Counted from the first letter of the stretch, positions 1 through 15,786 are shown. The stretch is DNA of 64,000 nucleotides from Eledone cirrhosa (GCA_964016885.1 OZ024740.1:233678001-233742000), one strand, 5' to 3'. Notes: generated from the sequence alone by a model not told the origin. Numbers and translations are program-made.

Positions 1-262
1 CATTATTGACTATAGCATTTTTAACGTTAGTGGGGTGGTTAGATTTAAAATTAACATAATTTAGATTCTCATTGTCTTTATGGTAAGGGTAATATAGGAC
101 GGTGTCAAGATTAAGGGATATATCCAGGAAGTTAACTAGTTTGACGTTGTTTTCAAATTCAATTTTTAGGTTATGGTGCTTAAATAGATCAAGTATATTA
201 TTCTTAATAATATTAAGGTTAAATAAGTTACAGTTTACGACAGTAAAAAGGGCATCGTCACG

Positions 263-360
<98 letters not shown>

Positions 361-400
361 ACAGGAGGCTAGACTGGTGTAAATCCTTGAAAGGTTTATT

Positions 401-458
401 ATACTATGATCATTTCAATGACCGGGTTCAATATGAATCCGGTGACATCAGCAGGTAA
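401..458 (-). ncRNA. Degenerate minimal hammerhead ribozyme in a Penelope-like 3' end
   Basis: Minus strand: TTAC CTGCTGA TGTCACCGG..CCGGTCATT GAAA TGATCA TA GTAT. Palindromic stem III ATGATCAT. Core has A6->C. Confidence 0.5.
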
Positions 459-1911
459 TTCAAAATATAACAAAGGAATATAACAGATAAAATCCATGGT
501 GCTGAAAATCAGAGACAGGAAGGCGACGACAATTTACCAGCTTCTACCTCTGTCGGCTGCCCTCAAGTGTTGATTATTAAGTCTACTTATGACCATCTGG
601 TGGTGGTGCGCCAGCTTATAATGTGCTACCACCATCCAGTCAGATGGAAATGTCAGCGTTGATGTCATGCGTCAATCAGGCTGGTGATGCGTGCTCGAAA
701 TTGCCGCGAAAAATATGTTTTCAAAGAATAAATATCTTCAACAAAGACATATATAGAGAGTAAAAAAGGGACAGAGTGTTTGTGAATGAGAGAGAGATAG
801 AGAGTGACAGAGCGAGTAAAAAAGAGAGAGAGTGTGCGTGAATGAAAGAGATTGACAGAGAGAATGCTAAAGAGAGAGTGTGTGTAAGTGATATATAGAG
901 AAAAAGTGACAATTTACAGAAAGAGGCTTTTATGAAAAAGTTTAAGTGTAATATATATAGTCACGATAAATTTTCAGAGTAAATATTACGCCCTTGCTTA
1001 GCGGCCAATAACCAGCGACGACTGCACCTCCTCCACCTCCAGCCACCCCCACCCACGTTCCAGCCGTTCCGAGTAATATGGTCTAGCGAAAGAAATGGAA
1101 ATTAATTTTTCCGAGCACTCCAGGAATGTAACTGTCTTAGGCGTCGGGTTTGTCAGCGGGAAGTCCCCAAGCGCCGGCTGGCTATCGTATATACCAAACG
1201 GTTGCTATTAGATCACACAGGCTGGGGATTTAGTTAAGTGCTAGTAGGAAGCGGCATGATACAGCTAATAGTTATGACTAAGCCTAGAAATTAAAGGTAC
1301 TATTTGGCGGTCAATGCCGACATGGCCACGGGTCGAAGCAGCCGTTCCGAGTAATTTCGTTTATCGAAAGAAGGAGGAATTTATTTTTCCAAGCACTCAA
1401 GGAATGCTGAACTGCCCGAGCGGCTAGCGTGCAGTCGGGAAATCCGCTACATTCGTCGGATCCTCGCGTGTTACCAAACGATTATTATTTATTCATACCC
1501 GTGAATAATAATAAACTCCGTACTCGCACCATCAACTACACAAACGAAGACGGGTGAGTTGCATTACGTTGAGTGCTCTCCATAATATTACATCGAGGTT
1601 GACCACACGGAATGACCAGTTCTATCCAGAGGTGAACCAACAAACCTAAATATATATATATATATATATCAGATTAGAGGCGGTAACAACCAGTTAGACC
1701 ATTACTCACCAGGGAATTCGACACTTGAGGTAGTAGAGTGGTTAATATGAAAACAATCAGGATCCCGACGGCTGAGCTCCGCCCACTTCAGTAGCTGTTC
1801 GGATCTAGTTGTTGAAACGGCCGTAGCTCAGCCGTCGGGGTCCTGGATTTTTTCAGATATATATATATATATTTAAAAAAATAGAGGTGTAACACACGAG
1901 TTGTGATATAT

Positions 1912-2286
1912 TAGTAAAAGGAAAAGAAAATGCTGACAAATTTTTCCCAGTGAAAATTAATTTAATTAGGAATAAGTATAAATTAGTAATAAGTATTGGT
2001 TAGTATTCAGTTTTAGTTTTAAGTTTTTACCGGTTGCGCATTTCTAATGCTTTTCAAAAATAATTTTGAGATAGAGCGCCCGTGATGTTTGCTCTAATCA
2101 GATTAGAGCATACATCACGGGCGCTCTATCTCGAAATTATTTTTGAAAAGCATTAGAAATGCGCAACCGGTAAAAACTTAAAACTAAAACTGAATACTAA
2201 CCAATACTTATAACTAATTTATACTTATTCCTAATTAAATTAATTTTCACTGGGAAAAATTTGTCAGCATTTTCTTTTCCTTTTAC

Positions 2287-2288
<2 letters not shown>
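1912..2288. repeat. Near-perfect 377-bp palindrome between (AT)n tracts
   Basis: Arms 1912-2099 and 2101-2288 are reverse complements around GCTCTAATC-A-GATTAGAGC, with about 3 mismatches seen. Confidence 0.95.
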
Positions 2289-2329
<41 letters not shown>

Positions 2330-2369
2330 GATAGATAGATAGATAGATAGACATACATACATGTATAGA

Positions 2370-2435
<66 letters not shown>

Positions 2436-2930
2436 TACATATATATATGTATATGTATATAGATTTATGTGTGTGTCATTCTATGGGTGTGGTAGGTACC
2501 TGAACGTATATCTCTAAATCCCTTTCTATAATTTACTCTCAATCTCTCTCACCCTGTTTCGTTTATATACCCCTTTCACGGCCCTCCTCTCACAGTATTT
2601 CTTTTCCCCTGTTCTTCTGTAGGGACCTATCTATGTATGTTATCTTATCTAGCCTAGTTCATCTCTAAGTCCCTGTCATATGTTAATACATACAGACACG
2701 CACGCGCACTCGCACACACACATGCACAAACACACAGAGACATATGTGTACGAATGCATGTGTGTATATGCATACAGGAAAACAATCATACACGTGTGGG
2801 TTTGTGTAAGTGTATGTGTCTGTACCTGCGCACATGTGTGTATATATGAACCAAATAAATATTTAGTTTAACATTTTCTCTATACTATCCCTCACACAAA
2901 TACGCATGCATGTATGTATTTATATATACA

Positions 2931-2994
<64 letters not shown>

Positions 2995-3201
2995 AACATA
3001 TATTATATTTGTATATATATATATGTGTGGGTTTGTGTGTATGTGTGTGTATGTGTGTTTGTGTGAGTGTCATGAGTATATAATGTACATATATATATAT
3101 ATATGTGCCTATATATACGCATATATTAGAATTTCATTTCTGTTCTAGCACAGTGTGTGGATATGCGTATATATATATATATATATACATATGTATATAT
3201 A

Positions 3202-3239
<38 letters not shown>

Positions 3240-3279
3240 CCACGTGCTCTCACACAAACATGCACACACACACATACAC

Positions 3280-3326
<47 letters not shown>

Positions 3327-3662
3327 TACATGTATATATATATTTTCCATTGCAACACAACACCCTCCCATTAGGAGACAAGAGTGCCACTATCAGTTCT
3401 AATGATCTCGATAATCTCTAGCCTCTGTCACTCAAAAACACGTATCAAATTGCACTCGTCTCCCTAACTCACCGATCCCACCACAATAATATCCATTATA
3501 ATAAACATATACGAATGCATAATATGCGTATATTTGCGCATGTACATACTTGTGGCTGTAAGTATACGAGTGTGTGTGTTTGTCTGTTATGAATGTATGT
3601 GTGTGTGTGTGTGTGTCCAAATCATCTAGTTTTTTTTTTGGGGGGGGGGGGGTGATATATAG

Positions 3663-3826
3663 CAGTTTTGGGTAAAATATGGCCCGCGAGCAGCATACGT
3701 TACATTTGGCTTTCTGAATGACACGCCTAATATCAAAATTGCTTTGAATTTTTCTATAGTGTGGCCCGCCGTGTGATGAGTCACATCCTATGCGGCCCAC
3801 TGCTCGAAAAAGGTTGACTATGCCTG
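3663..3826 (+). mobile_element. Non-autonomous hAT-like MITE
   Basis: Left end CAGTTTTGGGTAAAATATGGCCCGCG. Internal GTGGCCCGC motif. Right end GCGGCCCAC..AAAAAGGTTGACTATGCCTG. These resemble hAT/Charlie-type ends. No clean 8-bp TSD found. Confidence 0.55.
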
Positions 3827-4040
3827 ATATAGAAAATGCATCTTCAGTTATAAAAACCTTCGATGGGTTGTGAAAATTCATTCCTGAGAACTGCTGCTCG
3901 CGTTATCCTATCACCAACGATGGAGCTACAACCATAATCATAACACATTATTCTCATATGTTGTCTTCGTGGCATAGTGGTAGGTATTATAGACGGTGGT
4001 GATCCTGGTGTAAGGTTCAATCCTACCCTGAATATTTTCA

Positions 4041-4260
4041 GGGCGGTGTATTGGCAGTATCGGTAGAGGGTCCGACAATATGCTTTGCAGCAAAGAGTTA
4101 CAGCGCTTTATGATCTGAGTTCAAATCCCGCTGAGGTTAACTTTGCCTTTCATCCTTACGGCGTCGATAAAATAAAGCACCAGTAACGTACTGTTGTCGA
4201 TTTAATCGACTTTCACCTCCCGCTAAATTACTGGCCTTGTGCCTATACTAGAAATCATTA
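4041..4260 (+). mobile_element. tRNA-derived SINE family A (core GCCTTTCATCCTTACGGGGTCGATAAAATAAAGTACC)
   Basis: A-box-like TGGCAGTATCGG, B-box GAGTTCAAATCCC, conserved core, and tail GGCCTTGTGCC..TAGAAACAATTA. About 20 copies in the window. Confidence 0.9.
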
Positions 4261-5414
4261 TATACGTGATAGCCATTCAATTTCACGTGATACACTATCC
4301 CCCGCTAGAAAATTATTTATGGCTGAAAATGGCCGAGATTGTCTAGCGAAGATATATATTATAAACGAATTTTTTCATTAAGTTGAAAGTGCTCAATATG
4401 CTGCGTTTTTTCCTGTCCACCAGTTGTCTTGTGACCTGTTAGATTTTTAGCTGTAAGATAGAAACAACGCATGGATATTTATATTACAACATAGCATAAA
4501 TTCTGTATATAGAATGCATGAAATACAAATCAAAATGAAACAAAAATGTCTCCGTCGCTTTCTCTATTTGTCTGTGTATATATATACACATCGCGAGAAG
4601 GTAGAACTAATATAATTACTTAATATAATATATGAACAAATAATAAATTATAGTCCTGATATTATGATCAATACACACATATATATATATATATATAGCT
4701 GAAAACTTTGACCTCTTTAGGTTTAACTATAAGACCTACTTTAGGCACTATAACTATTTAACAATAAATTCCTTAATAGTTATAACTGTAAATATCTCTT
4801 AAATTAAATTTAATTATATTATGGAAAATGTTGTCAGTGTTACAAGTAATTTTGTTAAAGATTACCTTTGTGAGAATATTGAACATCATATTTTTTTCTT
4901 TCGCGGGCTTCGTAAATCCTTTAAATTTGTTTTCATAAAACTTTGACTTTTAGAAATTTAACATAATTATATTATAAAATTAATACAAATAACCATCAAC
5001 ATTTAAAACTTAAATTTTGATTCTTTACCCTGAAATAACATAAATTAAATATTTTGAAATTTAACCGCCAAAGCTATATATGCTTATGTTTGTCTAATGA
5101 AATTTAAGCATAAATTACTCACCTTTGTCTCTCCCTCTCTTTAATTATCTGTCATTTGTCTTCTGAAGCTAAATAAATTATAACTCCAGATACGTCTTCC
5201 TCTATAGTTCTATAGTAGTATCTCAAATTTTAAAAACTCTATAACTGTTGCATTAAGGCAATGTTTTTCTTACTCACACTCTCTCTATTGATTCTATTAC
5301 GTTTTCTCATGTTCTCAATATTAGGGTATACATATTGAGTTTTCTCATAAGTTAATCACTACCTTGATTAAATCTTAACCATCTAACATGTCAGGGTATG
5401 TCATGTATCATTTT

Positions 5415-5479
5415 ATTTTATCTGATGAGGACGTACTGTTGAACTTGATTCAGTACCTCTGAAATATGTATAATAAAAT
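5415..5479 (+). ncRNA. Minimal type-I hammerhead ribozyme (intact core)
   Basis: ATTTTAT CTGATGA GGACGTACTG..CAGTACCTCT GAAA TATGTA TA ATAAAAT. Perfect 7-bp stem I, canonical core, AUA cleavage triplet. Confidence 0.75.
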
Positions 5480-5616
5480 TTAATTGATCACAAGAATAAC
5501 TATTTTGTTAATATTTGAATTAATATTAATAACTCGGGAAAATATATCCCGTAGAGTGCTTCCAATCTACTGTAAAACTCATTCTTTGATGTACACATTG
5601 AATCTTGTTTAACTCC

Positions 5617-5706
<90 letters not shown>

Positions 5707-5804
5707 AACACTCACGCATATACACACACACACACATATATATTTATATATATATATATGTGTATATACGAAGCGAAGTATATATATATATATACACTTC
5801 GTTT

Positions 5805-5862
<58 letters not shown>

Positions 5863-5871
5863 CACAAACAT

Positions 5872-5932
<61 letters not shown>

Positions 5933-6588
5933 CTACGTTCTAGTATTTGTTTTACAAGATTTCTTATCAGAAAACTTGTGTTGAAACAGATATTTCTATA
6001 CTTTGGGTGGGTCATGCTGCCAATAAAAACACACGCACGTGTCGTTTTCACTTCAATTTATTAGAACATCCCAGTCGGTTAGTTTAATAACCAGATGGTT
6101 GTTTAGCTGTTGATTGTCAAAGTTCTTTCGTAACACATTCTGGAACCTTCTCAGTGACTAAATTCTTATTTTATGTCTCTCCTTTGTTGTGTCCTACATC
6201 ATCTTGTTTGAAAAGATGGTGTAGGACAGATCACTTAAGTTACCGTCAACCATTTTATAATTTAAAAAAAATGTTTGCCTCTACCAAAGAGATCCCTCTT
6301 CATTTTATGTTTGCCGTTATATTAAATACGGGGAGATGGAAAGAAAAGAAGATGTAGGGAAAGCAGGAGAGAGTGAATGAAAGATAAATAGAAGCAGCAA
6401 TAAATAGAATGTGATAGGGAGTGATAGAAGATATAGATATATGGATATTTCTGTATTACCTGAGACTTATCTATGTATCTCTAATTATATGTCTACTAGT
6501 ATCACGGAATCTATGTCTACCTCCGCCAGTTCTTCTGTCTACCTATCTATCCGTTCTTATTTATCTGTCTGCATATAAACACAAACAT

Positions 6589-6622
<34 letters not shown>

Positions 6623-6638
6623 AATACACTAATGCACA

Positions 6639-6684
<46 letters not shown>

Positions 6685-6719
6685 TGTGTATACATATATA
6701 TATATATCACCTTGATTAC

Positions 6720-6966
6720 TTTGACTGACCAGTCTGTCGCCAATCGGCACCGCTGGACACAGCACGTCGTGCTGTTTTAGCCATGAGATAACGCCATCCC
6801 ACTGGCTGGGCGGGCAGGCCGGTACTCATTTCTACAGCTGAGTAAACTGGAGAAACGTGAAATAAAGTGTCTTACTCAAGGAAACAACACATCACCCGGT
6901 CCGAGAATTGAACTCACAACCTTTCGATTGCAAGCCCAATGCTCTAACCACTAAGCCATGCGCCTT
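6720..6966 (-). mobile_element. tRNA-derived SINE family B
   Basis: Reverse complement starts GAAGGCGCATGGCTTAGTGGTTAGAGCA..GAGTTCAATTCTC..CCTTGAGTAAGACACTTTATTTCACG. Same family at 57100-57370(-), 58620-58841(-) and 62047-62260(+). Confidence 0.85.
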
Positions 6967-6973
6967 CACATAC

Positions 6974-7019
<46 letters not shown>

Positions 7020-7152
7020 ACATATGTGTATATATTTATGTGTATATATATATATATATATTATATATCTATCTATATATATATATGTATGTTTGTATAT
7101 ATGTATATATGTATATGTATATGTATATATGTATATGTATATGTATATATGC

Positions 7153-7183
<31 letters not shown>

Positions 7184-7260
7184 AATATATACATATGTAT
7201 ATATATTTATGTATATATATGTATATATGTATATGTATTAATTTTTATGTATACATATAC

Positions 7261-7292
<32 letters not shown>

Positions 7293-7452
7293 GTATATAT
7301 TTATATATATATATATTATGTATACATATGTATATATATTTATGTATATATATATGTATATATATATTATGTATACATATGTATATATATTTATGCATAT
7401 ATATATATATAATTATATATACGTATTTATATATACATATGAATATATATAT

Positions 7453-7490
<38 letters not shown>

Positions 7491-7580
7491 AATATATATA
7501 AATATGTATATATATTTTATAGATGCATATATATATATGTATATATATATTATATATATATATATACATATATATGTGTA

Positions 7581-7613
<33 letters not shown>

Positions 7614-7652
7614 GTATGTGTGTGCATATATATATATGTGTGTGTGTGTGTT

Positions 7653-7694
<42 letters not shown>

Positions 7695-7904
7695 TATCAA
7701 AATGAAAATCCTTAGGTAAAATTTCCGATCATTTTACCTTGCCTTCGGGTTTTCATTTTGATACAAATACTCCGTTTTACATCATCTAGCTGTTCCCTTG
7801 AATGGAATTGGAGATATATATACAAAAGCGTGGAGAACTTAATATTGGTAACAAAGGTTTATTGGACCGTTTTTCACAACCAATAATACACCTTACTATA
7901 TAAC

Positions 7905-7992
<88 letters not shown>

Positions 7993-8681
7993 GATCGAGT
8001 ATCGAAAAATCGGCGCACGAGTTCACGATAAACGAAATTCGATATGAGCGGCAGAGGGCTCAATAATTCAGATGAATCAGAGCTATAACTATCGTTAAAA
8101 TACCGTCACATATAGAACAAGTCTACAATCAACCATACGATTTAAAATCGATAAAGGAAGTTCAAGCCGTTTCGACTAGCTCTGCCGTCGGAGTCATACT
8201 TTTTACTATTTCCCACTCTACTACCCTAAGTATTGAGTACTCTGGTGCGTTTTGGTCCCTCTGGTTCCTTACCACAATTCCTTTGTTATATATATATATA
8301 TGTTATATGTATATATGTGTATATGTGTATATTTATATATATATATGTATATGTATGTGTGTATGAAATGTTTTTCTCACGAGTCAGTTCTTTCGTTGCT
8401 ACGGACCCCGGCCAATTTACCGGTCGCTGTCTTTAATTTGCAAAGTCCTGTAAACTGTATGTTATTACTCTGAGGTCTTATACCTTCTCGAGTGCTTGGC
8501 TGCACTGCTGAAGGCATTTGTCGGCTTGGCTGAGGTTATGGCTCCGAATATGCTGTACTTCCATTTGTATATATTATATATATATATAGACATATATCTA
8601 TGTGTATATATATATATATCTATATAGCGTTTCTGAATTTGTTTAGCAAGATTCTTTATCTGAAAACGTGTGTTGAAACCG

Positions 8682-9108
8682 ATATTGTTATACTTTGGGA
8701 GGGTCATGTTGCCGATAAGAAACACACGCATCAGTTGCTTTCACTCCAATTTATTATAAATTAAATTTATAAATTTAAGAATTTATAAATTTCCGGTTGG
8801 TTGGTTGGTTCCACAACCGGGCGGTTGTTCATATATTGTCAAAGTTCTTTCGTCACACATTCTGTGACCTCTTCTGTGACTGGGGATTCTTCTCTTTGTT
8901 TTGTGCCTCTCCTTTGAAGAGGTCACAGAATCTGTGACGAAAGAACTTTGTCAATATATGAACAACCGTCCGGTCGTGGAACCAACCAACCAACCAACCA
9001 ACCGGAAATTTATAAATTCTTGAATTTATAAATTTAATTTATAATAAATTGGAGTGAAAGCTTCTGGTGCGTGTGTTTCTTATTGGCAACATGACCCTCC
9101 CAAAGTAT

Positions 9109-9116
<8 letters not shown>
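8682..9116. repeat. Inverted-repeat cassette (arms ~190-200 bp, ~40-bp spacer) with hammerhead-like motif at the turn
   Basis: 8682-8872 is the reverse complement of 8915-9116. Motif (T/C)TGAAGAG GTCACAGAATCTGTGAC GAAAGAACTT TG. A single-arm relative lies at ~5935-6190. Confidence 0.85.
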
Positions 9117-9168
<52 letters not shown>

Positions 9169-9337
9169 ATAAAACTATATCTATACACCTTTGTACTTTT
9201 GAGTGAGATATTCTTGCACCGACGCGGCACGCATTCATAGATTTACACAGAATTTCATTCATATATGTTAGACATGCATTCCTTTTCACTACCAAACGAT
9301 GTCATACATTCATACATACATTCATACATACATATAA

Positions 9338-9421
<84 letters not shown>

Positions 9422-11559
9422 TTATTTATATATATATATATACATCCAGAATGGGACAGAGAGAAAGAGTGAAAGAGAAGTAGAGAGAGAGGGAGAGAGA
9501 GAAGGAAAGAAAGAAAGAAACAAACAAACAAAGAGAAGGAGAGACGAATATACATATACAGATTTATCTGTTATGTAATATGCTGGTATGGAACACATAT
9601 CAACCGATTGTGAAACATTTAGTGTAAATGATTTCTTAAGTATATGGTTGTTTGTACATAACTGCAACATGATCAATGCGCCAATACTTTTATTGTTGAA
9701 AATGTAATAAGATATAAAGAGATTCCAGAAATATCTTGAATCAAATTCATAAACTAATTATATTCACATTACAAAGATTAATGTCTTTTGTGGCAAAGAA
9801 CTGGTGTTTCGTATTTTTTTATGAATCGAAAATAACATGTGACCGGAAGTATCTATGAAATCGGTTTTCATTTTGTTGTGTTCTGTGTGTAAAAATAGCA
9901 AAGTATTTCCACTGAACTCACCAATTTTCTTGGTGTTTTCCTTTTTCTCTCTTTTTATTTTCTACCGATAAGTGTCTGAGTAGTTATAAAGAAAATAATA
10001 AAGATAAAAATGTTAGTCATGACGTTGGAAAAGAAGGGTTGAAAATCTGACATACATATGATAAAACTGTAATAGCAACCATTGGAGAATGAAAAGAAAA
10101 ATATGGTGTACAAAACCATTAGTATGAGTTATCTGTAAATCTTTATATGGACATGATATCCGTATTCAATGTTGTAAAATCCAGAATCTTAGTTTAAGTA
10201 TTATGGAATTGCAAACACAAAATAGGATTGTTTTACTTATATGATTTTTGGTTGATTTTTTTTTATTATTTTGTTTTATTTTAATATTGATTAGACAGTA
10301 AAATCAAGCTAATTTTTGTGACGTTGTAATCCTGTTAAGCAGTCACCATTTTCCTGCTATACGCCACCTGATACGATAAGGATGTAATTCATGAAAATCT
10401 TTCCCTACATATCCAGAATATTGTTCCGTTTGAAAACTTACACTTAAAGGGCTTCCTTCTTAACTAATTTATCACCATCATGATTACACGAAATAGTAGA
10501 AATTAACACATAAAAAGTGAAAGGGTGTTGATATGAATACTTTCTTCTTTAGGACTTTCATAATTGAAAATTTTCGTTCTTTATTGTATTTCGATAAACG
10601 TAAAAGTCTTTCATCTTTTGCTTTTATTTTTATTTTTATAATGAAAATAAATCATTCATGGCAATATCATTGGATACTTACAGGGCGGTATTGCGAGATG
10701 TTTATATGAATGCATGTGTAGGAATTGGTTTAAATCTGCAATAAGAACACTTAGACAACTTAGAAGTTTTTCTAAATTATATCAATAGATATTTTTTTGT
10801 ATAGGAAAGCATCTGTAAGTATTAAAGTATAATGAATGTATTTCGCCGTTTGTTTTATTTCTAAGTATTTTTATCAATTTCCAAATAATCGGAAATGTTT
10901 CTATTTATATGTCTTCCATAAGGATGGTTATTAAAGCTTTACAGTTTTGGGGAATACTGTTGGCCACGATGCCACTGCTTCCGTATTCTCTTGTACACAC
11001 ACACACTCTTTCTCTCTCTTTCCCCCTCTCTCTCGCTCTGTCTCTCTCTGTCCCCCCTCTCTGTCCCCCCTCTCTCTCACTATCGCTTTCTGTTTCTTAC
11101 TATTTCTATACTACATTATCTAGCTTGATGTGGAGAAGCACCTCCACACTAATCCAAGAGCATTTTTCTAGTTGGCTTCATTTCATCTCCTTTTTAACTT
11201 ATTCATGTTTAATTAGATTCTGCACAAATAACTGAAACGCTAAGCCAAAACATAAACTGAATTTTCACTTACAACCAATTAGCAAAGTAGCAAGGTTTGC
11301 CATGTAGTCGACGTAGTCTGCTGAGTGAGATAGGGTATCGACCCGGTTTCGTTATCATGTCGTAACTGTAATTTACAAAGCAGCGATAATACTTCATTCC
11401 TAAGTGCTGGAAGTAAAATTACGATCAGAAATACATTGCTGATGCTTGTATCATAGACCAATCAATGATGACACTTCACACTTAACAATGCAAGTTAACG
11501 AATACCCAGACAATGTTACAGCATTACATTTACGTACTTGTAACTGTTAGTATTTTTAC

Positions 11560-12310
11560 AGTTTGGAACAATGATCTATCCAATATGGCAGTATATACTT
11601 ACTACTTAGTTCACTGGGCTATCAGCATTTACGTGCCGGAGCTAAGATATTAGTTGTTGAACCTTCCACTACATCAGAGTTATCTAAGAAAACTTCTCAT
11701 TGGAATTGGAATAACGATACACCAGTGTATCAAACCTTTCATTATCAAATGATAGCTATGTGGATCAAGTTGCATCAGCAACATTTATCTTACTACTTCG
11801 ATTTCAAATCCATGTCGATATAATTATATTAAGTATCATTTTTTTTTAAATTCTTATTTGTTGTTCGAATTCTATGGAATAATTATCATAGAAAACATCG
11901 AAGTCGATCTACTTTGGGATAGTGGACATTTCTAACTTAATGGGATTATCTTAATGAAGTTACCTATACCTTTCTCGTCTCATAGAATGGACGCTTTCCT
12001 TTGTACCGTATTATTTAAACGAGGCTGTATAGCAGTATAGAGTGGTGTGAGACTCTGCGACTCGTATAATAAAAACTCTACGCAAGAAATAACTGCCAAA
12101 TTCCACAGATTTACCATATACAGCACGAACCAGATACCCAATCCTCCCTCTAGATCACATGATTTCCTTCCAGTCTACCATTTTCCTACAGATATCTTTC
12201 TATAGATCTTCAATGTGAACATGTACCTCATAGATTTGAACAATCTGACAGGAACTGTTATAACTACTATCTTTCTAACTCATACAAAAGACATGATCTA
12301 CTGGTGCTAG
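11560..12310 (+). mobile_element. Highly decayed CR1/L2-type LINE RT/C-terminal fragment
   Basis: Broken-frame peptides LRKLL.GIG..IHQCIKPF/LSNDSYV (cf. L.KL..YGI.G..L.WI.SFLS.R) and SATRIIK..DLPYTAR (cf. CR1 RATR....L.Y.ERL). Confidence 0.5.
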
Positions 12311-12678
12311 GTGAATGATGAATTATATTTAAAAGGCGCAAAATACCTATGGAAATTTAAAATATCAGTTAAAAATCAGATAACATTTATTCATAAATTG
12401 AAACGAAAAAGGAGGCATGAAGTCAGAGTAGTACCTTTGGAAAATACTAATACGGTTGCCTGGCAACGATATATATGTGGTTGCATTTATATTTTAGATC
12501 CTAAATTACTGATTGAAAGAGTATGCTTAATATATTAATATCGTTTATTCTATAAACCTCCGCTTTAATATATTTTTATACATATGTATGAGTGTGTACA
12601 AGTCTGTGTATGTTTGTGTATGATGCAATAAAATAAAAAGCAGGGAACATGAGAAATTTACATGCACACAAACACACA

Positions 12679-12747
<69 letters not shown>

Positions 12748-13147
12748 GCACATTTGAAGTTACTAATGCATGCGGTTGGTGAACAGGAGATTTGTCCAGT
12801 ATTAAGAACATAAACCGCCTTCAATGTATCAACTGAATCCATATATACCCATAGTTATTAAATCCTCTATGATTTATTACCGTCTAGGTAACAAGCTTTT
12901 GTCGTACAAATCCCAACGCTTACAAGTGGGACAACAGATTTGCAATGTTTGACTCGGCTTAGGAAAGCGTTTGCTACTCTTTGTAAGTACACATCTTAAA
13001 AAGCCGCGTACACCCGAGTGATTCGGTATATATACACTGCTTATACGTCGTGCTGTTGGGGTGAGGAGGTATGTTTGGTACGTAGACGTATCATGGTAAA
13101 TATATAATAGAGTGTTGTTTACATACATATATATATATGCATGTATG

Positions 13148-13238
<91 letters not shown>

Positions 13239-13303
13239 TGTATGTAAGTACGTAGGTACTTACGTATGCATGTTTTTACACTCACCCGCACACACACACA
13301 CAC

Positions 13304-13384
<81 letters not shown>

Positions 13385-13776
13385 TGCGTGTGTTTTGGTA
13401 TGGATGTGTACGTATGTACATAGTATATGTGAGTGTGAGTGTGTGTGTATTCTTTAGATAGTTAACAACACAATTTCAATGGCTACCAAGGGGAAGTGCT
13501 CTCTCTAGCTTACAGGCACATACCACTTACTGAGTGGAAGCCCATTCACCCAGGCCACTGGCGTTGCTCTGAATCACCTTTCAACATATTTACCAGAAGG
13601 TTGTTGATTGTAAACAAATTTGGTTTAGGAGAAATGTTTGCCAAAACAATTCTTTCAATCTTGCCAATCATCATACAGACTGTTTCCCCGAAACAACTAG
13701 ACCGGCAAGAGCTACCTGTTCTTTCTGGCCAAAGTGAAATTGTTTCGTCTTAAATCCAAAATCATTCAATACTGTA

Positions 13777-13845
<69 letters not shown>

Positions 13846-14121
13846 TAGATAGATAAATATACACGGGTGTGTATGATTGTGAATAGAAGATTATATTAAT
13901 ATTAATAAGAGGAATTCCAACTTTGTCTGATTTACTCGTTTTATTTACAATCCTTTAAAATTTATAATGGTATTATAATGAAATAGTATGATAGAATATT
14001 AAATTCTAAGTGTTGGAATTCCTCTTATTAATATTAATATATATATATATATATATATAGTAATAAGCTCTGTAATCTGCATAGAGCACTCTTTTTTCCT
14101 GGACCTTTCCGACGGAATTAC

Positions 14122-14158
<37 letters not shown>

Positions 14159-14162
<4 letters not shown>

Positions 14163-14709
14163 AATATTGGGGTACACATGCGCCATAGACAGCTGTTGCT
14201 CTCATACACATTGTCCGGTTATGGTGATTTAAGTGTCATAGACAGCCAATACATTGAGGAGTAGTTCCGGATTCACGCTATTCAAATATAAACGTGTATA
14301 AACGTATATAGTCACTATTGCTTATATCTGTAAACTCCAAATGTCCTTGCATGGATAATAAATGTTTCTGTTAGACTGCAGTGCTAACTTCAAGTCTGGT
14401 TATTTGAGACGGATAGTGCTTCCGACTAATACTGCATTGAAGCAGAACAATATCATATAAATACAAAAATTCACCCGTGACACAGGGAAAACCCTGATAA
14501 CAGTAAGAGAAAGGCTTTGTGTGAAACAACAGGTATTATTAGCCACGAAAGGGCGGTGGTTTGGCAGTATCGGTAGAGGGTCGGACGCCATGCTTTCCAG
14601 CATAGAGTTACGTCCCTTTACGATCTCAGTTCAAACCCCGCCGAAGTTAACTTTGCTTTTCATCCTTCATTACAGAGTCGATAAAATAAAGTACCAGTAA
14701 TGCACTGGG

Positions 14710-14714
<5 letters not shown>
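14159..14714 (-). repeat. 556-bp inverted copy of 16921-17476 inserted in an (AT)n tract
   Basis: Reverse complement matches 16921-17476. ORFs 14400..14603(-) and 17032..17235(+) have identical translations. Flanked on both sides by (AT)n. Confidence 0.95.
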
Positions 14715-15450
<736 letters not shown>

Positions 15451-15676
15451 TATATAATGGTAGCTAAAATGCTTCCATAGGCAGTATGCCGGTTGAGCAC
15501 TCTATGCTCCTACGGAGCAGAATATGATCCGAAATCAATAGACGTATCCGAGGAACCTGCGAGTCTAGAGTCAGGTAGATCCACACACAGATCGCACCTC
15601 GAGCTGTTTGCCGTGGAAATAATTGTAACACAATAAATTGAGTTCCGATGCATCACTGATTATTCGTTTTCCATTC

Positions 15677-15786
<110 letters not shown>

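Noticed and set aside
11116-11192. 77-bp segment repeated at 25076-25153
   Set aside because: Real similarity, but most simply two fragments of an unrecognised interspersed repeat. No further structure was seen.
11279-11461. Minus ORF resembling a GPCR TM7/helix-8 end (NVFLIVILLPALRNEVLSLLC)
   Set aside because: No upstream TM segments in frame, and the adjacent region reads better as decayed LINE on the + strand.
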